A model generated the notes under the pieces. That model worked only from the letters and a program-made list of their open reading frames with translations, had not been told where the DNA came from and did not search any database. This document shows positions 63,810 through 64,000 of a stretch of DNA of 64,000 bases, one piece after another (within the stretch, counting starts at the first letter, position 1; each line of letters starts with the position of its first letter). The translations under genes and the position numbers were made by a program. This stretch comes from an uncultured Bacteroidales bacterium (GTDB lineage: Bacteria > Bacteroidota > Bacteroidia > Bacteroidales > UBA3824), in NCBI GenBank assembly GCA_905234655.1, contig CAJOJG010000001.1, positions 29,975 through 93,974 of the forward strand, written 5' to 3'.

Positions 63810-64000
63810 CTACAGTGCCTTGTTCTTGTTGACAAGGTCGATGATTGTCTTTACGGACAAGTCGCTCCTGTAGTTGTCGGCAGGTGTGTTCTTGCAGTAG
63901 TCTATCAGGCGGGCTACCGATGTCTTAGCCACGTGGAGGCGTGTGTCGGAGGCTGCGTAGTAGATGAATATCGTGCCGTCGTCGTCCTTTATCCAGCCGT
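63810..64000 (-). CDS. C-terminal end of a GH130-like glycoside phosphorylase (beta-mannoside phosphorylase type), 5' end outside the window
   Basis: The minus-strand translation is GWIKDDDGTIFIYYAASDTRLHVAKTSVARLIDYCKNTPADNYRSDLSVKTIIDLVNKNKAL* with the stop at 63810-63812. The IYYAxSDTRxHVA...DYC..TP pattern recalls GH130 C-termini. This is from memory, with no alignment run. Confidence 0.55.
   Translation of the reverse strand, partial: GWIKDDDGTIFIYYAASDTRLHVAKTSVARLIDYCKNTPADNYRSDLSVKTIIDLVNKNKAL

Overview
The window is a 64-kb chromosomal segment of a Bacteroidota genome, most likely order Bacteroidales. This is inferred from a SusC/SusD pair, gldD/gldE homologs, lipoproteins with acidic post-Cys export signals and TTTG-N19-21-TAnnTTTG promoters. 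I found no rRNA, tRNA, CRISPR array, transposase or integrase.

Most of the window is housekeeping:
- proBA, a pyrC-type dihydroorotase, mutS, a CPA2 antiporter, accD and ssb-gldE-gldD
- a PPTase, a YbaK/ProX-type deacylase and a PcrB/GGGP-synthase homolog
- a maltose cluster: SLC45-type MFS transporter, pgmB, an outer-membrane protein and a GH65 phosphorylase
- a substrate-binding protein plus permease of a FecCD-type ABC importer
- hisG-hisD-hisC, two sensor histidine kinases, OmpH/Skp and rlmH

Regulated or accessory content:
- a cobalamin riboswitch driving a btuB plus beta-propeller lipoprotein operon
- a polysaccharide utilisation locus: partial GH130, SusC, SusD and two IPT/TIG surface lipoproteins
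- a same-strand cluster of two GAF/PAS sensor proteins with no visible output domain, followed by a zinc-ribbon/TM2 membrane protein
- three orphan AAA-ATPase genes with C-terminal D...ExK (restriction-endonuclease-like) motifs

The most unusual signal is non-coding. The two DUF234-type ATPase paralogs that flank pyrC carry four 45-bp palindromes with identical outer half-sites and identical spacing (ATAATCTGC-N27-GCAGATTAT). One gene is bracketed by two copies. The other has a tandem pair lying on its core promoter. The third ATPase has five tandem 21-24-bp repeats with a related core directly upstream of a consensus promoter.

Other non-coding observations:
- a promoter, leader and terminator unit with an alternative pairing upstream of pyrC
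- a CAAACGTTTG operator-like motif shared by two promoter regions of the maltose cluster
- a 214-bp AT-rich element with terminal inverted repeats inside the his operon
- nine tandem heptamers after rlmH

All functional calls rest on my reading of the translated ORFs and motifs. No database search was run. I did not find a system I could confidently call novel. The ATPase-plus-palindrome association is the best candidate.
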